Positions 9,973-21,470 of a stretch of DNA of 64,000 nt are shown here, piece by piece. Position 1 is the first letter of the stretch. Every line of letters begins with the position of its first letter. The position numbers were made by a program, and so were the translations under genes. The DNA lies in NCBI GenBank assembly GCA_963675595.2, contig CAXXLZ010000002.1, positions 2,400,001 through 2,464,000 on the forward strand. The letters are read 5' to 3'. Under the pieces are notes generated by a model that did no database searches, was not told the DNA's origin, and was given only the letters and a program-made list of their open reading frames with translations. The stretch is from Thermodesulfobacteriota bacterium (lineage in GTDB: Bacteria > Desulfobacterota > Desulfarculia > JACQYL01).

Positions 9973-10980
9973 ATGAGCATCCTTCGTTTCCTTTCGGCGT
10001 TCTTCATGACGTGCTGTTTCTTGTTCTCCGCCGGCGCGGTCGCCGCAGCCGATGAGGATTTTCCCTTCGAGCCTTTCTCCCATAGAAACCAAGGCGTCCC
10101 CGCCATGCTCTTTTTGCCTTTCGAGCCGGCTCCGGCCCGGACTCTGCAAAAAGGCGCCCTGCAGACTCGACTGGACGTCCACTATTCCAACATCTCCACC
10201 CAGGAATCCAACGCCAACGGGTCTCTTGATTTCGACATCGAGTTCATGGAGTCCACCTTGCGGGCCGATTACGGGATAACGGACAGGTTTCAGCTCGGCA
10301 TCAGCATTCCCTATCGATATTACTGGGGGGGATTCCTCGACGGGTTCATCGAAGGCTTCCACGACTTCTTCGGCTTTCCCGACGGCGGTCGAGAAAGCAT
10401 CCCCAATGATCTGACGCACATCGATTGGCAATATCGCGGTTCCACGATCTCCGCGATCTCCTCTTCAAGCCACGGGCTTGGAGACATCTCGCTCATCGGG
10501 AAATATGCGCTTCTGCTGGAAGGACGCTACGCCCCGGCGGTAAGCGCCATAGCGCACGTGCGATTTCCCACCGGGGACGAGGATGAAATGCTCGGAGCGG
10601 GAAGAATCGGTTACGGTGGAGGACTGGCCGCGGACAAGCGATTCGGACGTTTCGTACTGAATGCCAATCTCCAATATTTCGTGCTCGACCAACCCGACTC
10701 TTTCGGCGAACTCGAAGTAAAGAATTCCCTGGCCTACTCCTTTATGACGGGCTATCGCCTGATCGGCGGGTTCATCCCCATGATACAGGTCAACGGCGCA
10801 ACTCCCCTTTTCGAGGACACGGGTCTCGGGCCGTTGGACAAGAATCTGCTCGAATTGATCGTGGGGTTTCAGCTCAATTTCACGGAAGCGACCCGCTTCC
10901 AGTTCGGTTTCGTGGAGGACCCCATCAGCGGTACCAGCCCGGATTTCTCAGTATTTTTCGGTTTGATCCAGGCGTTCTAG
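9973..10980 (+). CDS. Outer-membrane beta-barrel protein, DUF3187-like
   Basis: Signal peptide; GGFLDGFIEGFHDFFGFP motif; FPTGDE; C-terminal Phe. Confidence 0.7.
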   Translation: MSILRFLSAFFMTCCFLFSAGAVAAADEDFPFEPFSHRNQGVPAMLFLPFEPAPARTLQKGALQTRLDVHYSNISTQESNANGSLDFDIEFMESTLRADYGITDRFQLGISIPYRYYWGGFLDGFIEGFHDFFGFPDGGRESIPNDLTHIDWQYRGSTISAISSSSHGLGDISLIGKYALLLEGRYAPAVSAIAHVRFPTGDEDEMLGAGRIGYGGGLAADKRFGRFVLNANLQYFVLDQPDSFGELEVKNSLAYSFMTGYRLIGGFIPMIQVNGATPLFEDTGLGPLDKNLLELIVGFQLNFTEATRFQFGFVEDPISGTSPDFSVFFGLIQAF

Positions 10981-11147
10981 CCGGCTCCTGATAAACGAGT
11001 ACGGGAGGACGTTCGCGGTGTGCATTTTCGTGGGGGTCCGAACGGGCCTCCACGGAATCGGAGGCCGCCCATGCGCCGGCCACAAGAAGCGCGGCCGCAC
11101 CCGGGAAGTATCCCCTTGCGAACCGTATGGGAACCTCTCCTGACAGC

Positions 11148-11289
11148 CCGTTGAAAAAAGCCGGTTGCCACAGGTTGATGAAAAACGATGACATGCAAGG
11201 CGCGCAAATCTCGAGGAATGAGACGTACATAGAGTACATCGCAGTGACGAGGGATGGAGCCCAACGCCGCAGATCGCGTTTTTCAACGG
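11148..11289. repeat. ~140-bp interspersed element with terminal inverted repeats (MITE/REP-like), copy 1
   Basis: CCGTTGAAAAA ... TTTTTCAACGG termini; diverged inverted copy at 41821-41958. Confidence 0.75.
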
Positions 11290-11318
11290 CCCGCTGACGG
11301 TCAACGTCTCAGCCGGCC

Positions 11319-12227
11319 TCAGGACGCCTTCCCTCCCGCCAACACCTCCAGAGCCCTGAACAGCGACTGAGTGCCCATGGAACCGTACCCGAGCGCCCTG
11401 GCCCCCAGGTAAAGCTGACGGCAGAGGGCGAGGCCGGGCAGAGGAAGGTTCATTTGTTCCGCTTCCTTGAGGACGATTCCCATGTCTTTGAGGAAATGCT
11501 CGATCACAAAGCCCGGATTCATGTCGCCCTTGGCGATCCTGGGTCCATAATTGGATAGAGCCCAGTTGGCCGCCGCTCCGGACCCCACGACTTCGATTAC
11601 CTCGTTGATATTCAGGCCGGCCTTGACGGCATAGAGAAGACATTCCACCATACCGATCATGGCGCCTGCGACCATGATCTGATTCGAGGCTTTGGTATGC
11701 TGGCCGCTTCCGGCCTTTCCCATAAGTCGAATGCTTTTTCCCATGGTCTGGAACAATGGGAGCACGAATTCGAAGGGTTCCGGGTCTCCTCCGACCATAA
11801 TGGAAAGGGTTCCAGCCCTAGCCCCCACGTCTCCACCGGAAACGGGAGCGTCCAGCACCCGGATTCCCTTCTCGCCGCCCTCACGATGGATTTCAACCGC
11901 CAACGAAGGTTCGCTGGTGGTCATGTCCACGAAGACGCCGCCCTTCCCAAGACCGTTTATGGCCCCCCGATCGCCGAGAGCCACTTCCCTAACATCCTCG
12001 GGCAATCCCACGATGGCGAACACCACGTCGGACTCTCGGGCGACTTCCAGCGGAGAGTCCGCCCAGCGCGCGCCTTTGTCCAACAAAGATTGAGCTCGCG
12101 ACCGCGTGCGGTTAAAGACCGTGGTTGGATAGCCTGCGTCGAGCACGTGCCCGCACATGGAAAGTCCCATGATGCCCGTACCGATCCAACCCACTCGGGT
12201 CTTCTCCGGAGTAACTGCTGCCGTCAT
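11319..12227 (-). CDS. 3-hydroxyisobutyrate/tartronate-semialdehyde reductase family NAD(P)-dependent oxidoreductase
   Basis: GWIGTGIMG, LDAPVSGGDVGA, GSGQHTK, HFLKDM; start at 12227 after GGAGG. Confidence 0.9.
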   Translation of the reverse strand: MTAAVTPEKTRVGWIGTGIMGLSMCGHVLDAGYPTTVFNRTRSRAQSLLDKGARWADSPLEVARESDVVFAIVGLPEDVREVALGDRGAINGLGKGGVFVDMTTSEPSLAVEIHREGGEKGIRVLDAPVSGGDVGARAGTLSIMVGGDPEPFEFVLPLFQTMGKSIRLMGKAGSGQHTKASNQIMVAGAMIGMVECLLYAVKAGLNINEVIEVVGSGAAANWALSNYGPRIAKGDMNPGFVIEHFLKDMGIVLKEAEQMNLPLPGLALCRQLYLGARALGYGSMGTQSLFRALEVLAGGKAS

Positions 12228-12372
12228 TGTGCCTCCTGCTGGTTGTTGAACTCGAAATAAATGCCTCGCGGCACATGGCCTGAAATGAAGAGCCGCCGGG
12301 TTCAACGATTTGACTTGGCGGGACGTTAGGTGATTTCGAAACGGACCGCCGGAGCGCCGTCTCGAGGAAACG

Positions 12373-12663
12373 TCAAGATCCGCCCGCCGAAGTCCTCTTT
12401 GTCAGCATCGTGGCCTGCTTATCACGCCGATCGTCCACTTTCAGTTGAAGCGAGATGCGTTGCGCCCCTTCTTCCGCGTGAGCCCCGTGTATCTTCTTCA
12501 CGAGAGCGAACAACGAATCCAGGTCCGGTACTTCCACACAGGTCCCCATGGCACCGATCTCATAAGGATAGCCGGATTCCTTGATCACGGCCACGCCCTT
12601 TCTCACGAAGCGCCCCAAACTGGTTCCCTCCCCGATGGGGAAAACCGAAATTTCCGCGATCAT
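12373..12663 (-). CDS. MTH1187/YkoF-like thiamine-binding protein
   Basis: MIAEISVFPIG, GAMGTCVE, LKVDDRRDK. Confidence 0.85.
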   Translation of the reverse strand: MIAEISVFPIGEGTSLGRFVRKGVAVIKESGYPYEIGAMGTCVEVPDLDSLFALVKKIHGAHAEEGAQRISLQLKVDDRRDKQATMLTKRTSAGGS

Positions 12664-12698
12664 GTTCTCCTCCTTTTCAACGTATCCCGAAAACGGGA

Positions 12699-13895
12699 TC
12701 ACAGTTTGATCTTACGGGTCACCCGGAACAGTAAGATGATCGTCAGGATGATGCCCAGGGATACTCCCGTCATGGCGATGAACACGGCGGACAACGACCA
12801 CCCTTCCTGCACCCAAGCGGCGAACTTGACCGCCAGGGACCCAACCCCGAAGGTCAACACGAATTTGGTTCCATAGGCGCTGTGCCGAAGCTTTTCCGGG
12901 GTCAGCTTGGCCACCAGCGTATTCTCGATGGGCTGCATGCCCAACAAAAACAGCATATACCCCATGGTCGCCAGAAGCAACGGAACGTCCGCCGTCCAGG
13001 CCATGGTGAACACCATGGGCAAGGCCAAGCCGTGAAAAATGAGATACCCCCATCTGGGTTCGTGCTTTTCGGCAAACCGCCCCCCGAGATACTGGCCGAG
13101 CATCCCGATAACGAACACCAAAGAGGTCAACGCGGTGGCGGCTACGTTCCTGGACGTGGGAAACCAGCGAACCTCGCTCATGGCGTCGAAAATTGCCTGA
13201 CTGTTCAATTCGAAGTAGGAAGGAAGCACCACCGTTGCGCTTCTGTACGCGATACCCCCGAGCATCATGACGATGCAGAGCACCATGAAACCCTTGGCCA
13301 ACGTCCCCACGGGGTGGTTGTCGGTGCGCTCCTTCTTTTCGGGCTCCGCAGTGGGCATGAACAACATCAAAGCCGCTCCCACGAGATTCAACACGCCCAG
13401 AAAGAGATAGGCCCCTTTACACCCGTACGCGTGATTGATCACGCCCGTGAGAATGGGGGCCACGGCGAGACCCGCGTTTCCCGCGATGCCGTTGTACCCC
13501 ATCGCCATGCTCATGCGTGTCATTCCGCGGGAAATCAGGCCTAATCCGGCGGGGTGATAGATCCCTGAGAACAAGCCGATACCCGCCAGGCAAACGGCGA
13601 AGATACCGGGCGAATCCAGAAAGGACGACGCCGCCAGCCCGCAGGCTCCGGCTCCGGCGTAGAAGACCAGAAGCAGAGGCTTGGCTCCGATCGCGTCGCT
13701 CGCCAGGCCCCACGGCAAGGCCGTCAATCCGAACAGCATGTACATCCAGAACGAAAGTGCCAAGACTTCACCGATGGGCATGCCGTACTGATCGGCCAGG
13801 GGCAATACCAGTGCCGGGAAGACCAGCATGTTGAAATGACTCATAAAATGACCAAAAGAGGTCACAGCCAGAATATTTCGCTCGTTTTTGCTCAT
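12699..13895 (-). CDS. MFS transporter
   Basis: About 12 hydrophobic segments; GHFMSH, WGLASDAIG, GIYHPAG; likely start MSKNERN. Confidence 0.88.
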   Translation of the reverse strand: MSKNERNILAVTSFGHFMSHFNMLVFPALVLPLADQYGMPIGEVLALSFWMYMLFGLTALPWGLASDAIGAKPLLLVFYAGAGACGLAASSFLDSPGIFAVCLAGIGLFSGIYHPAGLGLISRGMTRMSMAMGYNGIAGNAGLAVAPILTGVINHAYGCKGAYLFLGVLNLVGAALMLFMPTAEPEKKERTDNHPVGTLAKGFMVLCIVMMLGGIAYRSATVVLPSYFELNSQAIFDAMSEVRWFPTSRNVAATALTSLVFVIGMLGQYLGGRFAEKHEPRWGYLIFHGLALPMVFTMAWTADVPLLLATMGYMLFLLGMQPIENTLVAKLTPEKLRHSAYGTKFVLTFGVGSLAVKFAAWVQEGWSLSAVFIAMTGVSLGIILTIILLFRVTRKIKL

Positions 13896-14235
13896 ATTGA
13901 CTCCTATGCGACTTCGAGACGACGCTGCAAAGCAGACATGTATTAATGGCAAGGCGTCCGCTTGTCCAGTACTATCTCGAAGACTCGTCCGGACCCGCAA
14001 AGCCCGAGTCGGGAAACTTGGACGATCGAGGCTCGGAGGTCGGCATGCAAGGCCCCGTCGACCGCCTTGGGCATGGAGGGACCGAAGCGGCCTCTTCGCC
14101 GTGGGCGAAACCGCCCGGACTCTTCCCAATGTCCCGGAAGATGGTTATGCTATGCAATGTTTGCACGTGAATTCGCCGTAGATCCAACCGGACCGTTCAG
14201 CAAGCCGGGACCCATACCCGGCATGGGAGACTTGA

Positions 14236-14751
14236 ATGATTTCAGAAAAGGATGAAGTGCTTCAAGGGCTGAAGACTGCAATGGAAGCTGAACTGGCGGG
14301 TAATGCGTTTTACTCCAACGCCGCCGCCGCCACTTCCGACACCAAAGGCAAGGAAACCTTTTCCCGTCTGGCCAAGGAAGAGATGGGTCATTTCAACTAC
14401 CTCAGGCATCAGTATCGATCCGTGCTCAAAACCGGGGATTACGACTTCTCAGAAGAATTTGTTCGCAGCGGGGACGCTCACTCCGCCGGCCCCGTGTTCA
14501 GCCCGGAGCTGAAGGATCGGGTCAAGGACGCGCACTTCGAGATCAGCGCCCTGACCATCGGCATGAAACTGGAAATGGACGCGATCCGCTTCTATGGATC
14601 CCTGGCCGAGAAAGCCGAAAACGAAAAGGCCAAGCAATTCTATAAGGAGTTGGTGGAGTGGGAAAAAGTCCACTATGATTCTTTTTCTCAGGAGCTCGAA
14701 ATGCTCAAAGAAGCGTATTGGCAGGCGAACCAATTCGTGCCTCTGGTCTAA
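14236..14751 (+). CDS. Rubrerythrin/ferritin-like protein
   Basis: Two E..FY....EExxH/ExxH helix pairs (EEMGH, WEKVH). Confidence 0.85.
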   Translation: MISEKDEVLQGLKTAMEAELAGNAFYSNAAAATSDTKGKETFSRLAKEEMGHFNYLRHQYRSVLKTGDYDFSEEFVRSGDAHSAGPVFSPELKDRVKDAHFEISALTIGMKLEMDAIRFYGSLAEKAENEKAKQFYKELVEWEKVHYDSFSQELEMLKEAYWQANQFVPLV

Positions 14752-14893
14752 ACCCCCATTCCGACCACTACTTCCCGGAGGGATGATACGGCCATGGGTT
14801 CCGAGAGATCACTTCCCCGGAACCGATCGTTTCCGCAGGCGTTTCTTCACGGAACCCATGGCCGTCCCCTCCAAATCATTACCCGACTTCGAG

Positions 14894-15886
14894 TCAAACG
14901 CGCCCCAAACAATCCGGATCGATGTGGCGCAAGTGGGCGGTTCCCGCCATAATCATGATCCGACGAAGCTCGGACGTAATGCTTTCCACCACCCCGCGCA
15001 CGCCGTCGGAGCCGTCGGCGGCCAGCCCATACAGAATGGGGCGCCCTAGTCCCACCAAAACGGCCCCGTGGGCCAGCCCTTTGAACACGTCGCTCCCCCT
15101 TCGAAATCCTCCGTCCATGAAAACGGGAACCTTCGCATCCAGCACGTTGCGGATTTCCTCGATAACCTGTAGCGGATGGGGCAGATAATCCAACGTGTGC
15201 GCGCCGTGGTTGGAAACCATAACGGCATCGGCACCCGCTTCCGCAGATCGTTTCGCGTCGTGAGCGCTCAAGACGCCTTTAAACACCAGAGGCCGATCGA
15301 CCCGTTTTCGGATTTCAGCCAACTCCGTCATGGAAAAGGGGGCGCAGTTCTTGGCCACCTGTCGGTCTCCGATTTTGGTTCCCTGACCCGCGTCGATCTC
15401 GACCCCGACCCAGGTCACCCCGGCTTCCTGGATCCGGTTCAGCTCTTCATGCACTTTGTCTCGATCTTCATACGGTTTGACATTCTGGATCACCGGAACC
15501 CCCAAGGCAACGAGTTCCTTCAAATTTTCCGGCACCGGAGTCCCGGTCCAGACAAGTGACCCCACCGACTTCAGCCCTTCCGCCACCAGTCGAAGACCAT
15601 CTTCCCGAATTGCGGGAATCGGCATGGTCATGGCGCTCATGATCACCGGAGTGCTCAACTGCACCCCCAGCACCGTGACGTCGGTAAAGGCTTCTTTGGG
15701 GGCGTCGACGGCGCGCTGTCTGATAAAAAAGCGGTCCAGAGCTTCCCGGTCGTTACGGAACACCCAGCCCGTTTCCACGGCGCCCAGGGTAAACCCGATC
15801 TTTCGGCCGAGAAGTTCCTCCTCTCCCCTCGCGTAGATCTCGGTCAATTCCACAAAAAGCTCCTTCTCCGGTCGGTTATTATTCAT
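14894..15886 (-). CDS. FMN-dependent alpha-hydroxy-acid oxidase/dehydrogenase family protein
   Basis: LVFKGVLS, VSNHGAH, DGGFRRGSDVFK, GLGRP. Confidence 0.85.
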   Translation of the reverse strand: MNNNRPEKELFVELTEIYARGEEELLGRKIGFTLGAVETGWVFRNDREALDRFFIRQRAVDAPKEAFTDVTVLGVQLSTPVIMSAMTMPIPAIREDGLRLVAEGLKSVGSLVWTGTPVPENLKELVALGVPVIQNVKPYEDRDKVHEELNRIQEAGVTWVGVEIDAGQGTKIGDRQVAKNCAPFSMTELAEIRKRVDRPLVFKGVLSAHDAKRSAEAGADAVMVSNHGAHTLDYLPHPLQVIEEIRNVLDAKVPVFMDGGFRRGSDVFKGLAHGAVLVGLGRPILYGLAADGSDGVRGVVESITSELRRIMIMAGTAHLRHIDPDCLGRV

Positions 15887-15913
15887 GATTGGGTACTATT
15901 GTCTTCTCTTTCT

Positions 15914-15943
15914 TTGACGAAAACCTACTCTAATCTATACAAT
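15914..15943 (+). promoter_or_regulatory. Candidate sigma-70 promoter of the PilZ gene
   Basis: TTGACG-18nt-TACAAT. Confidence 0.5.
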
Positions 15944-16090
15944 AGGATCAATTCAAAGTCCCTCCTCCCGATCCTTCCGAGGCGGGACGCAATCATCGGC
16001 ATAAAGTTTGCCCTCAAACGCCAACGGTCATGCCGTTCACCAAAGGGCTGAAGCAGACCTCTCAGGTGCACAGGTAAAGGAGATACTGCA

Positions 16091-16720
16091 ATGGCGGACG
16101 CGTCCCAGCGAGGCTACAAACGAATGGACGACTACCTGTCCTTCACGTATCGCATGATTTCCGATCATGATTTTGAGGTGCTGAAAGGCAAATATCTTGC
16201 GGGTACGCTGGAAGAAGAGCAGACCGCCGATACCCAGTCCGCGCTTTACGAACTTGAGACGGCCTCCGATGATCAACCGGTTCTCAAAGTGCTCCAGCCG
16301 CTCCTCCAGGGCCTTTTCCAGAAGATGTCCATGCTCGACCGAAAAATGGACACCATCATCGCCCTGCTTCGAGGGGACAAAAATGCCGAGGCCATGGTAC
16401 ACCAGCCTCGAGAAATCAACATTTCCGGCAGCGGTTGCATGTTCAAAACGGAAAAGGCGCCCGAGGAAGGAACATTCGTCGAGATTCGAATTTTTCTATC
16501 GGACGGCGGCCGGACCGTCGTTCCGGCCCTCGGCAAGGTGGCCTATGTTAAAGGTGACGAACAAGGTTCCTACTCGGTCGGGGTTCACTTCGAAGCCATC
16601 AGCTACAAAAGCAGAGAACGGCTGATCCAATACATCTTCAAATCCGAAAGAGCCCTTCTGCGGGCACAAAAAGAAGGGGACACGGTGGATCAACTCCGTT
16701 CGTTGAGGCCCATGAAATAG
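16091..16720 (+). CDS. PilZ-domain (c-di-GMP receptor) protein
   Basis: N-terminal RGYKR (RxxxR), NISGSG, C-terminal GVHF...RERLIQYIF. Confidence 0.82.
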   Translation: MADASQRGYKRMDDYLSFTYRMISDHDFEVLKGKYLAGTLEEEQTADTQSALYELETASDDQPVLKVLQPLLQGLFQKMSMLDRKMDTIIALLRGDKNAEAMVHQPREINISGSGCMFKTEKAPEEGTFVEIRIFLSDGGRTVVPALGKVAYVKGDEQGSYSVGVHFEAISYKSRERLIQYIFKSERALLRAQKEGDTVDQLRSLRPMK

Positions 16721-16844
16721 CAGCCGTCGGCAGGGCGGCGTCGACGGGCGGATAAGAGCTACGAGCAAACCCGCATGCATCTCCCGGCCGAGGGATTCCT
16801 TGTCGCCGCGAACCCGGCGGAACCCAAGTCTTCCCCATCGGACA

Positions 16845-18239
16845 TCACGTCGGCTCGGAAAATTGGTCGATCAACCGGAGAAGTTCATCGGTTTTCGATT
16901 CCATGAGCGATCGGTTTTCTCTGCTTTCCACGTTCAGGCGCAGCAACGGTTCGGTATTCGATTTTCTCAGATTAAATCGCCATTGATCCTGAAAGGCCAA
17001 AGAAACGCCATCGGTGTGATCCTCTTCCGTCGCACGGGAGGCGTAGCGGGCGAGCACCCGATCCATGATTCCATCCGGATCAACCACACGTCGGTTGATT
17101 TCGCCGCTGCAAGGGTACTTCGCCATGCGCTCGCCCACCAATTCGGCCAAGGTGCGACCGGTGCTGGAAACCGCCTGCGCCGTCAGGAGCCAGGGAATCA
17201 TGCCGGAATCGCAATAGAAGAAATCCTTGAAATAATGATGCGCCGACATTTCTCCCCCGTATAAGCCGTCAACCTCCCGAAGCAGGGCCTTCATGAACGC
17301 ATGACCCGTACGTCCCATCACCGGGATCCCTCCCAGGTTTCGTACGATTTCCACCGTGTTCCAATACAAGCGGGTATCGTGCAGGATGCGGCTCTTTGGG
17401 CGGCCTTCGAGAAGCCGTTCCGCCAGGAGTCCCACCACGTAGTACCCTTCCACATAGCGGCCGGATTCATCAAAAAAGAAGCAGCGATCGAAATCTCCGT
17501 CCCAAGCCACGCCCATGCCCGCACTGTGCCGCCGAACCGCGTTGGAGGTTGCTTCCCGGTTTTCCGGAAGAAGGGGATTGGGCACCCCGTTGGGAAACCG
17601 ACCATCGGGCTCCATGAACAACCGTACGAGATTGAAAGGAAGACGCTCCCCCAACTGATCCACGATCGGCCCGGCGCATCCGTTGCCCGCGTTCGCCACC
17701 AAAGTCATGGGCTCGAGTTCGTCCGGATCGATGAATCCCAGGACCGTCCGGACGTATTCCGTCAGAACGGATTCCTCTCTGCAAACGCCCGCCGGTCCCA
17801 CCGCAGGAAAATTCCTGGTCCGAACCCGCCGCTCAAGGGCCGGCAGGTCCCGATCCCCATTCATGGGTACGGCGCCTCCTCGAACCATTTTGATTCCGTT
17901 TTCGTCTCGGGGGTTGTGACTGGCGGTGATCATCACTCCGCCGCCCATGCCCGGTCGGGCGGCTGCGAAATAGACCATCTCCGTGCCGCACAGGCCGATG
18001 TCCAGGGCGTCCGCACCGCCCTCGTTGAGTCCGTGGATCAGGGCCCGCTGAAGATCGGGGCTGCTCAACCGAACGTCCCTGCCCACGGCCACGGGCCCGC
18101 CGGGTCGGACCTCGGCCACATAGGCTCTGCCGATGAAGTAGGCCAGTTCCTCGTTGATTTCATCGGGGACCTTGCCGCGCACGTCGTATGCTTTGAAATA
18201 GGGCAGACGTTCTTCCTTCGGAGTCGATTCGCGTTGCAC
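16845..18239 (-). CDS. manB: Phosphomannomutase
   Basis: FKAYDVRG, ITASHNP, WDGDFDRCFF, GGEMSAHHYF, RKSNTEPLLRLNVE. Confidence 0.92.
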   Translation of the reverse strand: MQRESTPKEERLPYFKAYDVRGKVPDEINEELAYFIGRAYVAEVRPGGPVAVGRDVRLSSPDLQRALIHGLNEGGADALDIGLCGTEMVYFAAARPGMGGGVMITASHNPRDENGIKMVRGGAVPMNGDRDLPALERRVRTRNFPAVGPAGVCREESVLTEYVRTVLGFIDPDELEPMTLVANAGNGCAGPIVDQLGERLPFNLVRLFMEPDGRFPNGVPNPLLPENREATSNAVRRHSAGMGVAWDGDFDRCFFFDESGRYVEGYYVVGLLAERLLEGRPKSRILHDTRLYWNTVEIVRNLGGIPVMGRTGHAFMKALLREVDGLYGGEMSAHHYFKDFFYCDSGMIPWLLTAQAVSSTGRTLAELVGERMAKYPCSGEINRRVVDPDGIMDRVLARYASRATEEDHTDGVSLAFQDQWRFNLRKSNTEPLLRLNVESRENRSLMESKTDELLRLIDQFSEPT

Positions 18240-18422
18240 GCCTTCGCCTTTTCCGTTACATGTTCAATAATCGAGAGTTCACGTGGCGACCTAAAGAAAA
18301 GCGGGCATGAGTCGTTTCCATCCCACGGTTTCAGGAAGTTTAGCATGGGGATACCTTTCGCGCCATCCCTTGGCACCTTCCCGACGGCTGGAAACATTGT
18401 TCCGACTTTTTCATGAAAAAAG

Positions 18423-18451
18423 TTGACTTCCAATCGAGAGTTCATTATAAA
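18423..18451 (+). promoter_or_regulatory. Candidate sigma-70 promoter of the rplU operon
   Basis: TTGACT-17nt-TATAAA. Confidence 0.5.
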
Positions 18452-18484
18452 TCTCTTTTCTTACATTCCGAGGAGGTTCCCGAG

Positions 18485-18799
18485 ATGTACGCAGTCATTC
18501 AAACCGGCGGAAAGCAATATAAGGTCTCTCCCGGGGACATTTTGCGCGTTGAAAAGCTCGAAGGAGATGTGGGCACGGACGTGGATCTCGGTCCCGCCCT
18601 TCTCCTGGCCGAAGAAGAAGATATCAAAATCGGCCGACCCACCCTGGATAACGTCTCCGTTACGGGCCGAATCGTAGAGCAGGATCGGGCGAAAAAAATC
18701 ATCGTTTTCAAGGCGAAACGTAGAAAAGGGTATCGCAAGAAACGCGGACACCGCCAGCATTACACCGCCCTTAGAATTACAGAGATCAAGGAGAACTAG
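18485..18799 (+). CDS. rplU: 50S ribosomal protein L21
   Basis: [14 protein letters not shown]...GHRQHYT; GGAGG RBS. Confidence 0.98.
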   Translation: MYAVIQTGGKQYKVSPGDILRVEKLEGDVGTDVDLGPALLLAEEEDIKIGRPTLDNVSVTGRIVEQDRAKKIIVFKAKRRKGYRKKRGHRQHYTALRITEIKEN

Positions 18800-18801
18800 C
18801 C

Positions 18802-19059
18802 ATGGCACACAAAAAGGCGGGTGGAAGCTCGAGGAACGGTCGCGACAGCCACGGCCAGAGGCGTGGTGTTAAACGTTTCGGTGGACAAGCGGTTCGAGCC
18901 GGCAACATTCTGGTCCGGCAGTGCGGCACCAAGTTCCATCCCGGAACCAACGTGGGCCTGGGAAAAGATTATACTCTGTTCTCTCTGATCGACGGTGTCG
19001 TCAAGTTTGAACGTTACGATCGAACCCGCCAGAAGGTGAGTGTTTATCCCGTTCAGTGA
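18802..19059 (+). CDS. rpmA: 50S ribosomal protein L27
   Basis: [16 protein letters not shown]. Confidence 0.99.
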   Translation: MAHKKAGGSSRNGRDSHGQRRGVKRFGGQAVRAGNILVRQCGTKFHPGTNVGLGKDYTLFSLIDGVVKFERYDRTRQKVSVYPVQ

Positions 19060-19234
19060 GAGACTGGGACCGCCCGCCATCGGTGGACTCCGGCGGCGGG
19101 CGTATCGCCTCGGAACACCGCCCGCGCTCCTTCCGCAGAACCGTATCCCACTTAAGAACCCTTTGTCCGAACCTCTGAGCGGATCGCCGATTATATGTGT
19201 TCTCCCGACGCGACGGAGACTGTTTTCGGAGTAA

Positions 19235-20278
<1,044 letters not shown>

Positions 20279-20291
20279 GGAGTCGCCTTCC

Positions 20292-21470
20292 TTGCAAGCA
20301 ATCGAACTTGAAACGCAGCGGGAACAACGCACCGCAATCATGCGTAACGTCCGCCGAATCGTGGTCAAGATCGGAAGCGCCGTGGTGGCCACGGACGATG
20401 GCCTGGATACGAATTCCATCGCCCGTTTGGCAAACCAGGTGGCCGCTCTGAGGGAAAGGGGCGTCGAAGTGATCATGGTCTCTTCAGGCGCCATCGCCGC
20501 CGGCTCGCAAAAAGTGGGTCGGTGTCACCAACTTCGGTCCATTCCTGAAAAGCAGGCCGCAGCAGCGGTGGGTCAACCCAAACTCTTTCAGGCATGGGAA
20601 GACGTCTTCTCCACACACGGTCTCATCATCGGACAGATATTGCTCACCCGAGACGATCTGTCCAACCGCAGACGTTACCTCAATTCCAGAAACACGCTTT
20701 TCACACTGCTGCACTGGGGCATCATTCCCATCATCAACGAAAACGATACGGTCATGGTCGAGGAGATCAAGTTCGGAGACAACGACAACCTATCCTGCAT
20801 GATCGTCAGCCTCATTGAAGCCGGAGCGTATATCAATCTCAGCCAAGTGGACGGGCTGTACAATAAAGATCCCAGAACGCACGCGGATGCTCGGTATCTG
20901 CACGTCGTCCCGCGCGTTACCAAAAAAGTCATGGACATGGCTTCCAAGGATCCCGGAGCATTCGGCCGCGGCGGAATGCGGTCCAAATTGACCGCGGCCA
21001 AGAAGGTGGCCATGGTCGGTGTTCCCACGGTGATCGCGGACGGAAAGAGGGAAAACGTCCTTCTGGACATCATGGACGGTGAGGAAGTGGGTACGCTGTT
21101 TCTGCCCGAAGAAACCAGATTGGACAACCGCAAGTACTGGATCGCCTTCACCACCAAGGCCGAGGGCAGCCTTCTCATCGACGACGGCGCCTGTTGGGCT
21201 TTGACCGAGCGAGGGAAAAGCCTTCTGCCGTCCGGAATCCGGGACGTGCAGGGCAACTTCGGCATTGGGGCCAAAGTCCGGCTGGTGGGCCCCGAAAACC
21301 AGGAAATCGGCGTCGGTCTGGTCAACTATCCCGCGGACGAGATTAGGAAAATCAAGGGTTGCAAAACCGGCCGGATTCAGGAAGAATTGGGCTACAAATT
21401 CTATGATGAAGTCATTCATCGGGACAATATGGTCATTTCCAAGGAAGCGTGCGCCGTTACCATGGAATGA
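20292..21470 (+). CDS. proB: Glutamate 5-kinase with PUA domain
   Basis: VVKIGS, VSSGAI, INEND, FGDND, GGMRSK, C-terminal IHRDN. Confidence 0.96.
   Translation: MQAIELETQREQRTAIMRNVRRIVVKIGSAVVATDDGLDTNSIARLANQVAALRERGVEVIMVSSGAIAAGSQKVGRCHQLRSIPEKQAAAAVGQPKLFQAWEDVFSTHGLIIGQILLTRDDLSNRRRYLNSRNTLFTLLHWGIIPIINENDTVMVEEIKFGDNDNLSCMIVSLIEAGAYINLSQVDGLYNKDPRTHADARYLHVVPRVTKKVMDMASKDPGAFGRGGMRSKLTAAKKVAMVGVPTVIADGKRENVLLDIMDGEEVGTLFLPEETRLDNRKYWIAFTTKAEGSLLIDDGACWALTERGKSLLPSGIRDVQGNFGIGAKVRLVGPENQEIGVGLVNYPADEIRKIKGCKTGRIQEELGYKFYDEVIHRDNMVISKEACAVTME

Noticed and set aside
10948-11643. 231-aa and 104-aa ORFs over the repeat element (also 41597-41956)
   Set aside because: They overlap real genes or translate the non-coding repeat; no RBS or domain signal
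15960-16090. c-di-GMP-I riboswitch upstream of the PilZ gene (GGGACGCAA present)
   Set aside because: No GCAAA segment, GNRA-capped P2 or recognisable P3; only a short motif match
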